A stretch of DNA of 64,000 bases from Octopus sinensis (lineage: Eukaryota). Shown piece by piece: positions 12,694 to 24,670 of this stretch (position 1 is the first letter of the stretch; every line of letters starts with the position of its first letter). Under the pieces are notes generated by a model, which did no database searches, had not been told where the DNA came from, and was given only the letters and a program-made list of their open reading frames with translations. The DNA lies in contig NC_043003.1 of assembly GCF_006345805.1 (NCBI RefSeq), forward strand, positions 114,328,001-114,392,000, written 5' to 3'. Position numbers and translations under genes: made by a program.

Positions 12694-13221
12694 GTGGCTG
12701 CCCCCTCGTTATCGAGTATGGCCATTGCACGAAGCTTAATCAATGTTGTTATCGTGCAATGCCAGAAGATTTTTTTTTAAGCGAAGAAAGGCTGTGCACT
12801 GAGTCAATCCCACTCACTAAGCAACAGCAGCCATAATCCGTAAAGAAGAACAAGACAACATCATCGGTAACCACTGAGCCGCACGTTTTATGTCGGAGTT
12901 ATCCCAGTTACCTGAGTTACCTTCTCCTAGAAGGATGCCCTAGCAAAGGCTAGGAGTCCTTCACTCCCAATGGTTTAACCGCGCGATCGGGTATTCCAGT
13001 CCGATTATTTCTATGTCCCCGTGCATGATACACCCTTAAAACATTTATTGGATGACCGTTGACTCTCAAGAGTTCCTCCGCCTTTTGACGGGTTTTGTTT
13101 TTCATCCCTCCTCACTAAGCAAGCTTGGTGGGGTTGACGATTTAGTCGCCGACGACCCGACCATGCAACAGGTTGTACTGGGTTACATGTTACCAGTAGC
13201 TCTCGAAAGTGACCTGATACA
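12691..13221 (-). mobile_element. Non-autonomous RTE-derived element (5'-UTR-like part plus 3' hairpin) within (TA)n
   Basis: Minus-strand ccttctaggagaaggtaactc and gctactggtaacatgtaacccagtacaacctgttgcatggtcggg resemble RTE 5'-UTR motifs (recalled, not aligned). 10-bp hairpin at 12723-12761. (TA)n on both flanks; no RT coding sequence. Confidence 0.5.
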
Positions 13222-13669
13222 ATATATATATATATATATATATATAATAGTATCTGGCTAATATAACCCTGTAACGAGCACTTCAAAGCTCCTCTATGTT
13301 TATTGGCTATCATATGCTAGCATACAGCAAGAATTCTCTTTTTACTAGAAATACATGTAGAAATCTGACGATATTCGCAGGAATCACACATACCCCCCCC
13401 CACACACACACACACAAAGATTTATAATACACGAAGAGAGAATGAACAGGTTTTAATCCAAACGTTTCTCAGCATTCGTAACAGTTACCAGTGGCTGCGT
13501 TTCCATGTTATACATATCATTATATAAATATTACATAAATATAACCTGACAATAGCTATGTACTTGCGCGTCATCATGTGAATAACTTATGAAAAGATGA
13601 CCAAGACACCAAATCGTTGAGATTAAAACCAGAAAGGCCAGGATTGCAATTTTCCTTTTTCTTTTTGGC

Positions 13670-14990
13670 AGGGAAGAAGTATATGCACTCTTTCCTGTAT
13701 ATGGATATACAAACTTCTGTTGCCTACACTTGCATATCTAGTCATGCTTATATATATATACTTAAATGATAAACTTCCGATAAGTTCTACAGACTTTTCC
13801 AGTTCCAGTGATAGCTCGGATCTGTAGTCTTTGAATCAGCTTTCTCCTTTCTGGTTTTGAGAAGCCTAATTCCTCAACAATGGTATTTAGGCCGTGTGTT
13901 ACATATCCGAGTGTTCCAATAATTACAGGTATAAACCTTAACTTAAAATCTAGATAGAGTAAATGCAGATTTCTCAATAGTTCAGCGTAGGTGTTCTCTT
14001 TTACTCTGATCTTCAGCTTTATGTTAACATCCGCTGGGCAGCTAATTTCCACAACTGTGCACAGTTTCCCTTCCCTATCCCAAATCATTATACCAGGTCC
14101 GTTTTGCTTACATTTTACTGAGGTCTTCACTGGTACATTCCACCAGTATTCCTTTTTATAATGAGTGGCTATCGCATCTACCACACTGTGCTTTCTTATT
14201 TGCTTGTCCTCGGGGTTACCCTTCCAACAGATTTCATTAAATAGGGTCCTAGCTACAACATCATGTCTCATCGGTAGATAATACATGACTTTTTAGGACA
14301 ACAGTTGTTACACAATGTTGCTTTTCCTGCATCCCTGTCCCTTTTGTGCATCAGATATTTGTTTGATATTTTCCTGTTCCTGGATTGCAAACGCAAACCC
14401 TTCAAAGTGTAAATTAGTAATCTATTTGTTGGTCCATGATTGACTACTTTGATGATCAATATTACTATCATCTCGGAGCTTTAGTTAGTTAGTTAGTTAA
14501 TTTTTTGGCTCAAAAAGTAAAAAATTAAGGCCATGTAGGGGGACATGGAGTTATGTACAGGGTGGTGTTCATGTAAAGAGTTCAGGCCACTTGTGGTCAA
14601 GGGAGACTTTGAACCGAGCGGTCGTCGGCATCTTCACCATCTCGTCCGGCAGCTTATTACACGGATCCGCAACCCGGACGGAGAAAGCCCCTCTCCTTCG
14701 ATTGAGATGAAATTGTCGCAGCTTTCTACTAACATATCCATGCATGGTCTTCTGCTAATATATGCTCATTCTTTTATCTGATGATATATTGCGGTAGAGT
14801 CGTGTGACTTCTTTGTGCATCCATTTAAGGTTATTAGACATAGAATGTTGCCCGAGAAGCTGGCTTCAAAGTCTTGGGATGTTATCAGCCTCATGTATCC
14901 TAACTTAGTCAAGGGATGCACTTCGACACTTGGCGGTTGAAAGATGTTGCCGGAGGGATATGATGCGTCATTCAAAAGTACTCTGGATTG
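13670..14990 (-). mobile_element. R4/Dong-like RLE LINE, 3' part, degraded and interrupted by a CR1/L2 insertion
   Basis: Peptides MHGYVSRKL|RDDSNIDHQSSQSW..FEGFAFAIQEQ and YYLPMRHDVVAR..WWNVPVKT..PGIMIWD..CTVVEISCPADVN..KENTYAEL..FIPVIIGTLG: a PD-(D/E)xK-type RLE C-terminus. Confidence 0.85.
14483..14715 (-). mobile_element. 3' end of a CR1/L2-group LINE with (CTAA)n tail, nested in the Dong-like element
   Basis: Peptide HLNRRRGAFSVRVADPCNKLPDEMVKMPTTARFKVSLDHKWPELFT* matches the CR1/L2 terminal R..FS.RV...WN.LP..V.......FK..LD..W motif. 10-bp TSD tcggagcttt/tcgcagcttt (14473-14482, 14716-14725). Confidence 0.85.
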
Positions 14991-15269
14991 ATGTTAAGCT
15001 TCTGCCGCCTTGTTAACTTTTGTCTGTCTGTGTGTAGGTATAAACATTTATAATTATATAATTATACATATTAATACAGCTGAACGAGACGCCGCTGCAT
15101 AATGTCAAAGATTCTAACATCACCGTTTAAGATACAACAGCAAATACTTCAAGAGCTTGGGTTTCAAGAGCCCTCAGCCCTTCAAAATCTTCTCCAAATG
15201 ACCAAGAGACATGCATGATGGTGAGGTTGGTGTCTTCAAAACAAAACTGGTTTTCATATTGTCAAGATT

Positions 15270-15870
15270 CTTGCATGGACCTACCTCGCGGCAAGAAACG
15301 TGAATGAGGGCGGCAACACCAGACTCTTTCATGCATCAAATGCCGTGTAATGAAAGTGTAGCTAAACCAATTAGTGGTGAAGAAACAGTCCAAGTGGTCT
15401 CTTCTGGAGGACATTCGGGTCGAAGTTCATGGGCAATTTGTTTGCGTGGAAGTGCTGCAGAGATCATTGCCTGCGCGAGAGAAACTCTTTAGGCATGAAA
15501 GTGCTGACAGCCGAACCTCCACGGGAAGCATGGAGGGCGACGAAACCGTCCTGCATGCAAACACTCAGCGTCCTTGCATTAGAGACTCGTGGGCTTGCGT
15601 TGAGCTGCTGCTGTCTCATGTAAACCGAATCCACTGTCTGTCGAGTCCATAGGGAAGATCGAGGCACTACCGTCTATTAACAGTGACTGTGAGAAAAAGA
15701 GATTGTGTGGTGGACGAGTTTGAAAGGTTTGAAGATTGTCACTTTCCTGTCTGACCAAGGAAGGTTAGGATAGAGAGGTAGGTGCTGCCTCCTACTGGAT
15801 TTGTCAAAAGGTGGACAAAAGTGGCAGCACTGCTGAGACTGAATGGGTCGACTCTGCGTATACTTTTCTA
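15270..15870 (+). mobile_element. Old, degraded L1/Tx1-like ORF2 C-terminal fragment
   Basis: [44 protein letters not shown] aligns with [44 protein letters not shown] of the 11471 ORF; tail FVKRWTKVA parallels FKKRWVNVA. Confidence 0.75.
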
Positions 15871-16129
15871 AATAGGAGCAAAGAAACTAGAAGAGTGTAA
15901 TTCTCATTCCGTGGGGATGGCAGAGTAATCCGGGTCTTTTGCGTAGGTTTTCCCGTTAATTACCCTAAATTTACTGCCCTGTTCTTGGAGATTCCATTTA
16001 TTTATTATTCATCTATCTAACTTCTATTTATATATCCTTCGTTATTTCATTTAATATTGTAGTGTCTTCCATTAATCGATATAAAGGCCACCTGTTTTTT
16101 TATATTGACCTCCACGTGATAAACCTTTG

Positions 16130-16340
16130 TGGCCTCTGGCAGAATCGTTAGCACCCTAGGTAAAATTTATAGAGGCAGTTCGTCTGTCTTCACGTTCTCA
16201 GTTCTGATTCCCCGGCGGTCCACTTTGCATTTCATCCTTTCTGGATTGATAAAATAACAGCTGAGTCCTAAGGTCGATGTAATCGATTTAACCCATCACC
16301 ACGAAATTGCTGGCCTTGTGCCAAAACTTTAAATCAATAT
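16130..16340 (+). mobile_element. Diverged SINE family A copy
   Basis: ctggcagaatcgttagcacc...ctttgcatttcatcctttc..gataaaataa...gtcgatgtaatcgatt. Confidence 0.75.
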
Positions 16341-16705
16341 CTTCTTTACGCTATGTGTAGAGTAACGTATATAAAGAAGTACAAGCTAAAAATATCCTAT
16401 CGTGATTACTGAAAATATGTTGCCATAATTGTATAATTGCAAATCTTCAGGCTGCGATGTTTATTGAAGCATATTTTGACAAAACCTGTTAAATAAATAG
16501 CTTCTGTTAAATTTCTTATTTCCTTGAAACACACAGAATAGAATAAAGAAAAAAAAAGAAAAAAGAAATCAGTAGGAATATAGGTGGGAGGGAGGGAGGG
16601 AAATGTTATGGATCTGAGAGAGATCAAAAGATTCATAGTAAGAGAGGGGAAAGAATGAAGAAAAAGAAGAACAAATGATTGAAGAAGAAATGAAATGAAA
16701 AATAG

Positions 16706-17405
16706 CCACCACCACCACCACCACCACCACTACCACCATCACGACTAATACCATCGTCAACATCACTAGCACTACCACCACAACCACAACCACCACCACC
16801 ACCACCACCACCACCACCACCACCACCACCACCACCACACCACTACCACCATCACGACTAATACCATTGCCAACATCACTAGCACTACCATCACAACCTC
16901 AACCACTGCCACCACCACCACAACCACAACTACCGCCGCCACCACTAAAGCCACAACCGCAACAACCACCACCACCACCACCACCACCGCCACCTCCACC
17001 ACCACCACCACAACCATCACGACTAATACCATCGCCAACATCACTAGCACTACCACCACAACCACAACCATAACCACCGCCACCACCACCACAAACACAA
17101 CTACCGCCGCCACCACGAAAGCCACAACCACAACAACCATAACCGCCGCCACCACCACCACAACCACAACTACCGCCACCACCACCACTACCATCACGAC
17201 TAATAACATCGCCAACATCACTAGTACTACCACCACAACTTCAACCACCACCACAACCACAACTACCGCCGCCACCACGAAAGCCACAACCACAACAACC
17301 ACCGCCACCGCAACCACCACCACCACAACCATCACGACTAATACCATCGCCAACATGACTAACACTACCACCACCACAACCACAACTACCGCCACCACAA
17401 CCACA
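16706..17405. repeat. Compound minisatellite: ~42-bp core plus variable (ACC/ACA)n spacers, 5 cores
   Basis: Core accatcacgactaataccatcgYcaacatcactagcactacc near 16737, 16848, 17014, 17191 and 17328. Confidence 0.9.
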
Positions 17406-17768
17406 ACGCTGATTCGAAAAATATGATAAAAGCAGGTTGTAACATCGCTGTATTTGAATAAGTTCGAGTACAGTTAGTTTGTTGCAGGTTTTATGGTCCA
17501 ATTAGACGAACTGGTTTTTAAAAGAATCATCTCTTTCCAAAAATATTCAATCCAGGTGCCAAATACAGTTCATAGTTATACAGGTTTAGAAGATCCCCTT
17601 TTTTGGGCTGCATAAAGCACATCCTTGTAGAATTTAGTGATTCTAATATTTTCATGTTATAATTGGCTGCTTTAGTTGCTTGGTTCTCACACAAATATGT
17701 TATTGATGTTCTTAAAATACGAGGTATTTTCAAGATTCTTTACTTTCCATCAGGCATGTCGACATATT

Positions 17769-18184
17769 TGTTTCTTTATTACCCACAAGGGGCTAAACAC
17801 AGAGGGGACAAACAAGGACAGACAAACGAATTAAGTCGATTACATCGACCTCAGTGCGTAACTGGTACTTAATTTATCGACCCCGAAAAGATGAAAGGCA
17901 TAGTCGACGTCGGCGGAATTTGAACTCAGAACGTAGCGGCAGACGAAATACCTATTTTTTTACTGCCCACAAGGGGCTAAACACAGAGGGGGCAAACAAG
18001 GACAGACAAACGAATTAAGTCGATTACATCGACCCCAGTGCGTAACTGGTACTTAATTTATCGACCCCGAAAGGATGAAAGGCAAAGTCGACCTCGGCGG
18101 AATTTGAACTCACAACGTAGCGGCAGACGAAATACGGCTACGCATTTCGCCCGGCGTGCTAACGTTTCTGCCAGCTCGCCGCCT
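17769..18184 (-). mobile_element. SINE family A dimer: one head plus two tandem bodies
   Basis: Two ~184-bp bodies joined at cagacgaaatacc|tattt, single head at 18134-18184. 12-bp TSD tgtcgacatatt at 17757-17768 and 18185-18196. Confidence 0.92.
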
Positions 18185-19489
18185 TGTCGACATATTATTC
18201 AACGGATGACACTGCGGTTTTATCTAATTAAACTTTTATTCACAGATTATGGTTGTGTTGCAAGAATGTTAAGTCTGTATGAGTATCAAGTCTCGTTTCC
18301 ATTGAGGTGGACTACGTTTCAATTCTTTTATGTCAATGTTACAACTGAAGCTTAATATCAGTCTATGCCTTTTAAAAAGAATTCTTATTTATAACCATTT
18401 AAAGAGTGTTCGTCTTTTAAAGTTAGGAATGGTTTTGCAATTATTACATTTAAAATTAGAGAAATTTATGCGCATGAACCATCACAGTTTACGGGGCCGG
18501 TGAGGTTTGTAGATAAACTTACTAAGGAAATTAGCCTCAACTAATACGGTTATGGCAATCATGGGCAGCATTCTCAACGTTTGAACAATTCTGTTATACA
18601 AAGACTGGTTGGAAATTCTTCTTTTGATTTAATGACAAAACTTGGAGGGGACGATATGATCCTACAATAATGCATATGATATTCTCATAGGATTTTAAAA
18701 GCGGTTTGTGTTAGTGCTTAAATTTAGAGTAACATCAAGGAAGTTTAAAGTAGGTACTTTACTGTTTATAGTTATTTTTAGGGCGAAAGAACTAAATCTA
18801 TGGATATTTTCTTTGTTCAATTTTCCTACGTTTATTTATTTATGCTTTTGTTTTAGCAAAAGCCCAAAATCTCCCCTGTAAAGACCAAATAAAAGGACCA
18901 ATAGGATCATGTCTCATGTCGTCATACGGAACCATAATTATATCAAATGAACTAAGAAGAGAAAACATTTTTACCTTCCAAATACTACATAGCATCGGCA
19001 TTGAAAATTGAGTCAAATATACTTGAGGAGTGCAAACATTTTGGGAAGCATCTGCTAAACAGCCGGAGATTTTTCACCTCCAACTGACTAACTGTGCACA
19101 AACCTAATCACATATGCCAGTATTTGCGTCGGTTTCTATTTTTCGATTTTTTTTTTGTTTTTCCTTTTATTTTTCCTTTCTTACTTTTCTTTTCTTTCCC
19201 CCTCCTCCACATGTTGACATATTGATCTCTCCTAATTCTGTAAATTCTGTTTGTATATTGGAACTACTTTTGTTCCATTTTATATGTTCGTTTGTATTTC
19301 TAAAGAATTATGCACTTTAACGGAACACACACAGACATTCCTGCAAACGCACATGCACACAGCGACTCACACCCGCACGAAGACACATACCGACACACAC
19401 AAATACGAACAAGTACACACACACATTACGGTGTAACTTGATTATTTTTATTCACTCCAGTGGTTCATCATGACTGCTGTACACACACT

Positions 19490-20690
<1,201 letters not shown>

Positions 20691-20994
20691 CGTCTCGCCG
20701 CCTCCCCGTTCCGCACACTTTTCCCTCCATTCACTTTTTCCGATTCTCCTACCACTTCCCCCCTCTTACCCCACCACTCACACTTTGCTCCCCTTCCTCC
20801 TCCCACCTCCTATATTCTCCTTTTTATTTCTCTCTTTCGCTTCCTCCTCCTCCTCCTCCTCCCTCCTCTCCTTTTCCCTTTCACTTCACTCCTTCCTCTC
20901 CTCTCACTCTCCTCCTCCCACTCTCCCCATCTCATTGCAGATCAATGAGTCATTGTAGTTGGCTGCAAACATGAATGGACTCCAGAACTCACAC

Positions 20995-21778
20995 ATTGCT
21001 AACAGTGGCGGTGGTGGCGGTGGCGGTGGTGGCGGTAGCGGTTGTGGTTGTGGTGGTGGTGGTGGTAGTTGTGGTTGTGGTAGTGCTAGTGCTAGTGATG
21101 TTGACGATGGTATTAGTCGTGATGGTGGTGGTGGTGGTGGTGGTGGTTGTGGCTTTCGTGGTGGCGGTGGTTGTTGTTGTGGTGGTAGTTCTAGTGATGT
21201 TGACGATGGTATTAGTCGTGATGGTGGTGATGGTGGTGGTGATTGTGGTTGTGGTGATTGTGGTTGTGGTGGTTGTGGTTGTGGTGGTGATAGTGCTAGT
21301 GATGCTAGCGATGGTATTAGTCGTGATGGTAGTGGTGGTGATGGTAGTAAATATAGTTGTAACGGTTGTGTTGGTTGTGGTGATGATGGTGGTGATGATG
21401 GTTGTTACGGTGGGAGTAGTGGTGGTGAAGTGGAGGTTGTGTGGTGGTGCTGATGGTGGTGGTGGTGGTAGTGATGCAGTGATGCAAATGGTAGCAGAGT
21501 TGTTGATGTTTATGATGGTGACAATAATAATGATGTTGATGACAACGTCGACAACGATGATGATGGTGATGGTGATGATGGTGATGATGGTGATGATGGT
21601 GATGATGATGATGATCGTGATGGTGATGATGGTGATGATGGTGATGATGATGGTGATGATGATGATGATGATGAAGATGATGATGATGATGGTGATGACG
21701 ATGATGATGATGATTATGATAATGATGATAGTCATACTGTTGCTCTATGGAAATGGCACATCTAGGATCAGGTATATA

Positions 21779-21835
<57 letters not shown>
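20995..21835. repeat. (GGT)n/(GAT)n/(TTA)n tract with 3 inverted copies of the 16.7-kb minisatellite core
   Basis: ctagtgatgttgacgatggtattagtcgtgatggt near 21090, 21190 and 21295 is the reverse complement of the core at 16737. Confidence 0.9.
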
Positions 21836-21837
<2 letters not shown>

Positions 21838-21849
21838 AGTGTATGTGTG

Positions 21850-22086
21850 TGTGTGTGCGTATGTGTGTTTGTCCACCGCCACCACTTGACAACCGATGTT
21901 GGTTAGTTTATGTTCCCGTAACTTAGCCGTTCGGTAAAAGTTAACCGACGTAATAAGTATGTGATATTTATTCTATCGGTTCACCTTTAGTAAAAAGAAA
22001 AGGACTGGAGGTGATTCGCTCGACTAAAACTCTTCAATGCGATGCTGCAGCATGGCCGCAGTCTAATGATTGAAAGAAGCAAAAGA
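21850..22086 (+). mobile_element. SINE family B tail fragment (headless)
   Basis: cttgacaaccgatgttgg..cccgtaacttagccgttcgg...cagcatggccgcagtctaatgattgaaa is homologous to 4475-4675. Confidence 0.75.
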
Positions 22087-22229
22087 TGACAGTGAAAAGT
22101 TTTGACAATCCTCAGGGTTTCCAGAGCGACACATTCTGTTGTTTGTTAGTGGTATCAATGGTAAGGTTGGTGGTATTAGTGTTGTTGTTGTTGTTGGTGG
22201 TGATGGTGATGGTGTTACTTATAGTCGTA

Positions 22230-22539
22230 CAGCTACCGAACCTCTTATCCGGCAACTTTGATGAAAGAAGGAGGTCCGGATTTCTGGATTTTCCGGAATT
22301 ATAAAATAAGCAAGGAAAAATAAAGAACAAAATTGTATAACATATACAAATTAATACATTTCTAAAGCAGTCACACAGGAACTGGCGTCGTGTGACGCAT
22401 GCGCCACAAGAAACCAAAGCAAGGCGGCCACGTGGCGAATAAAAAAAGCCCGCGAAATTCTAAGCTACTCATTTTTTTAAAGTACCCGATTTCTGGTAAT
22501 TCCAGATTACTGGATTCCAGATAAGACTTTCGATATCTG
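22230..22539. mobile_element. Probable Tc1/mariner-pogo-type MITE
   Basis: ta|cagctaccgaacctcttatccggca at the left end; the reverse complement of the right end reads cagatatcgaaagtcttatctggaa (about 17/25 identity). 5' TA present, 3' TA decayed. Confidence 0.45.
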
Positions 22540-22570
22540 ATTTAATATCATTATTACTATTATTATTATT

Positions 22571-22996
22571 GAGTGAGAGAGCAGTTCATGCCATCAAAGT
22601 GACACTGGGGTAAAATATACGAAGCCCAATATACCCATCATGACTACCCGTCTGATAAAGGTACACCAGGCACATGCATCACAACCATATGTGCGCGACA
22701 TGATGATCTCATATCAAGATAAACAGCACATGACCTTGCAGGTGGGGCCCAGTTAGAATTTTCTTCAGGTTGAGTAACCCATCCCGCTCAAACGGTCCCT
22801 GAATAAGGGTTGTTTAAGGATGTTGAAAGAACCACCCATGTTTCCAGAGGTGAACTATTCAAACCCCAAAAAGAATCCCTCTCAACACATGGCTATGATG
22901 CTCCCCCACTACTTCTGCTCGTGATCAGAGATGCACATATCGTCAGCCACTAAGGGACATGCTCAACTGGTTAAGGTCAAACAACTGACAAGCAAA
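22571..22996 (-). mobile_element. Non-coding (TAA)n-tailed retroelement, 5'-truncated copy
   Basis: About 90% identical by eye to the 23019 copy; 3' end ..gcactgctctctcactc(aat)n on the minus strand; TTA repeats on both flanks. Confidence 0.85.
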
Positions 22997-23018
22997 TATT
23001 ATTATTATTATTATTATT

Positions 23019-23551
23019 GAGTGAGAGAGCAGTGCATGCCATCAAAGTGACACTGGGGTAAAATATACGAAGACCAGTATACACATCATGACTACCCGTC
23101 TGATAATGGTACACCAGGCACATGCATCACAACCATATGTGCGCGACATGGTGATCTCATAACAAGATAAATAGCGCATGACCTTGAAGGGTGGGGCCCA
23201 GATAGAATTTTCTTCTGGTTGGGTAACCCATCCCACTCAAATGGTCCCTGATTAAGGGTTGTTTAAGGATGTTGAATGAAACACCCATGTTTCCAGAGGT
23301 GAATCATTCAAACCCCAAAGAATCCCTCTCAACACATGGCTATGATGCTCTCCCGCTACTTCTGCTCGTGATCAGAGATGCACATATCGTCAGCCACTAA
23401 GGGACATGCTCAACTGGTTAAGGTCAAACAACTAACAAGCAAATCTGTGGTATTGAGCAGAATATTTGCTGTAGCCCATTTTTTATATCAAGACAAAACA
23501 ATGTACATGATAACACTTCCAATCAGTTAAGGTCAGAAGCCATGAGAGCCA
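23019..23551 (-). mobile_element. Non-coding (TAA)n-tailed retroelement, longer copy
   Basis: Tandem with the 22571 copy; bounded by (TTA)n at about 22997-23018 and 23552-23610. A third copy lies at 47590-47992. Confidence 0.85.
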
Positions 23552-23555
23552 TTAA

Positions 23556-23612
<57 letters not shown>

Positions 23613-23670
23613 CAGAATTAGCTGAAATAGAGCTGTGTGTACTAAAGTCGTTACCGTATTAATGAGGGTT

Positions 23671-23880
23671 CGGGGGTGGCGAGCTGGCAGCATCGTTAGC
23701 ATGTCGGACAAAATGCTTATCGGCATTTCGCCCGTCTTTTCGCTCTGAGTTCGAATTCCTCCAAAGTCGACTTTGCCATCATCATCATTTCGACATCGAT
23801 AAAACAAACCCCAGTGGAGTCGATGTGGTCGACATTCTTGCTCGACATTGCTGGCCTTGTGCCAAAATCTGGAATCGATA
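23671..23880 (+). mobile_element. Diverged SINE family A copy
   Basis: ggtggcgagctggcagcatcgttagcatgtcggacaaaatgc..ctgagttcgaattcc..gtcgactttgcc. Confidence 0.8.
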
Positions 23881-24019
23881 TTAATGCATGAGTTTATTAT
23901 AAGGGGTGGGGTGGGATGAGTGGGGATGGTTTTATCGCAGTAATCGCGTGGAAACGGGTGGGCAGTGGTGCGGGTGGTGGATGAGATTCTGACAGTAACG
24001 ACATTGATGGAGGAAGGAA

Positions 24020-24393
24020 TACTGATGAAGATGATGATGATGATGATGATGATGAGGAGGAGGAGGAGGAGGAGGAAGAATTGGAATGGGAAGCTAGTGG
24101 TCGTAGTGGTAGTCATGGTGATGATGAATCTAATGGTGGTGGCGCTGTTGGCCTCATATTGGTAATAATCTTTGCAATGGCGGTGCCATTGTTCGGAGTT
24201 CCAATTTTAATGGTAGCGGCGATGGTGGTGGTGGTGGCGGTGGTGGTGGCGGTGGTAGTGGTGGTGGGTGAGGGTGATACAGTTGCCAGTAATGGTAACA
24301 AGGGTGCTGGTGGCGAAGGAGATGGTTGTGTCGGTAATCCTGGAGTTGTTTGTTATTTGTGGTGGTGGTAGTGGTGGTGATGATGATGACGAC

Positions 24394-24437
<44 letters not shown>

Positions 24438-24576
24438 CGATGACGATGATGATGATGATGATGATGATGATAATGATGATGATGATGATGACGATGATGA
24501 CGATGACGACGATGACGATGGTGATGATGATGATGATGATGATGATGATGACGATGATGATGATGACGATGACGAC

Positions 24577-24614
<38 letters not shown>

Positions 24615-24670
24615 CGATGATGATGATGACGATGACGATAATGATGAAGATGATGATGATGATGAAGATG
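24020..24670. repeat. (GAT/GAC)n and (GGT)n arrays
   Basis: Direct reading; produces the poly-D, poly-M and poly-I ORFs. Confidence 0.95.

Noticed and set aside
18400-19110. Coding-like stretch
   Set aside because: Short open segments with stops, no recognisable motif and no paired splice sites.
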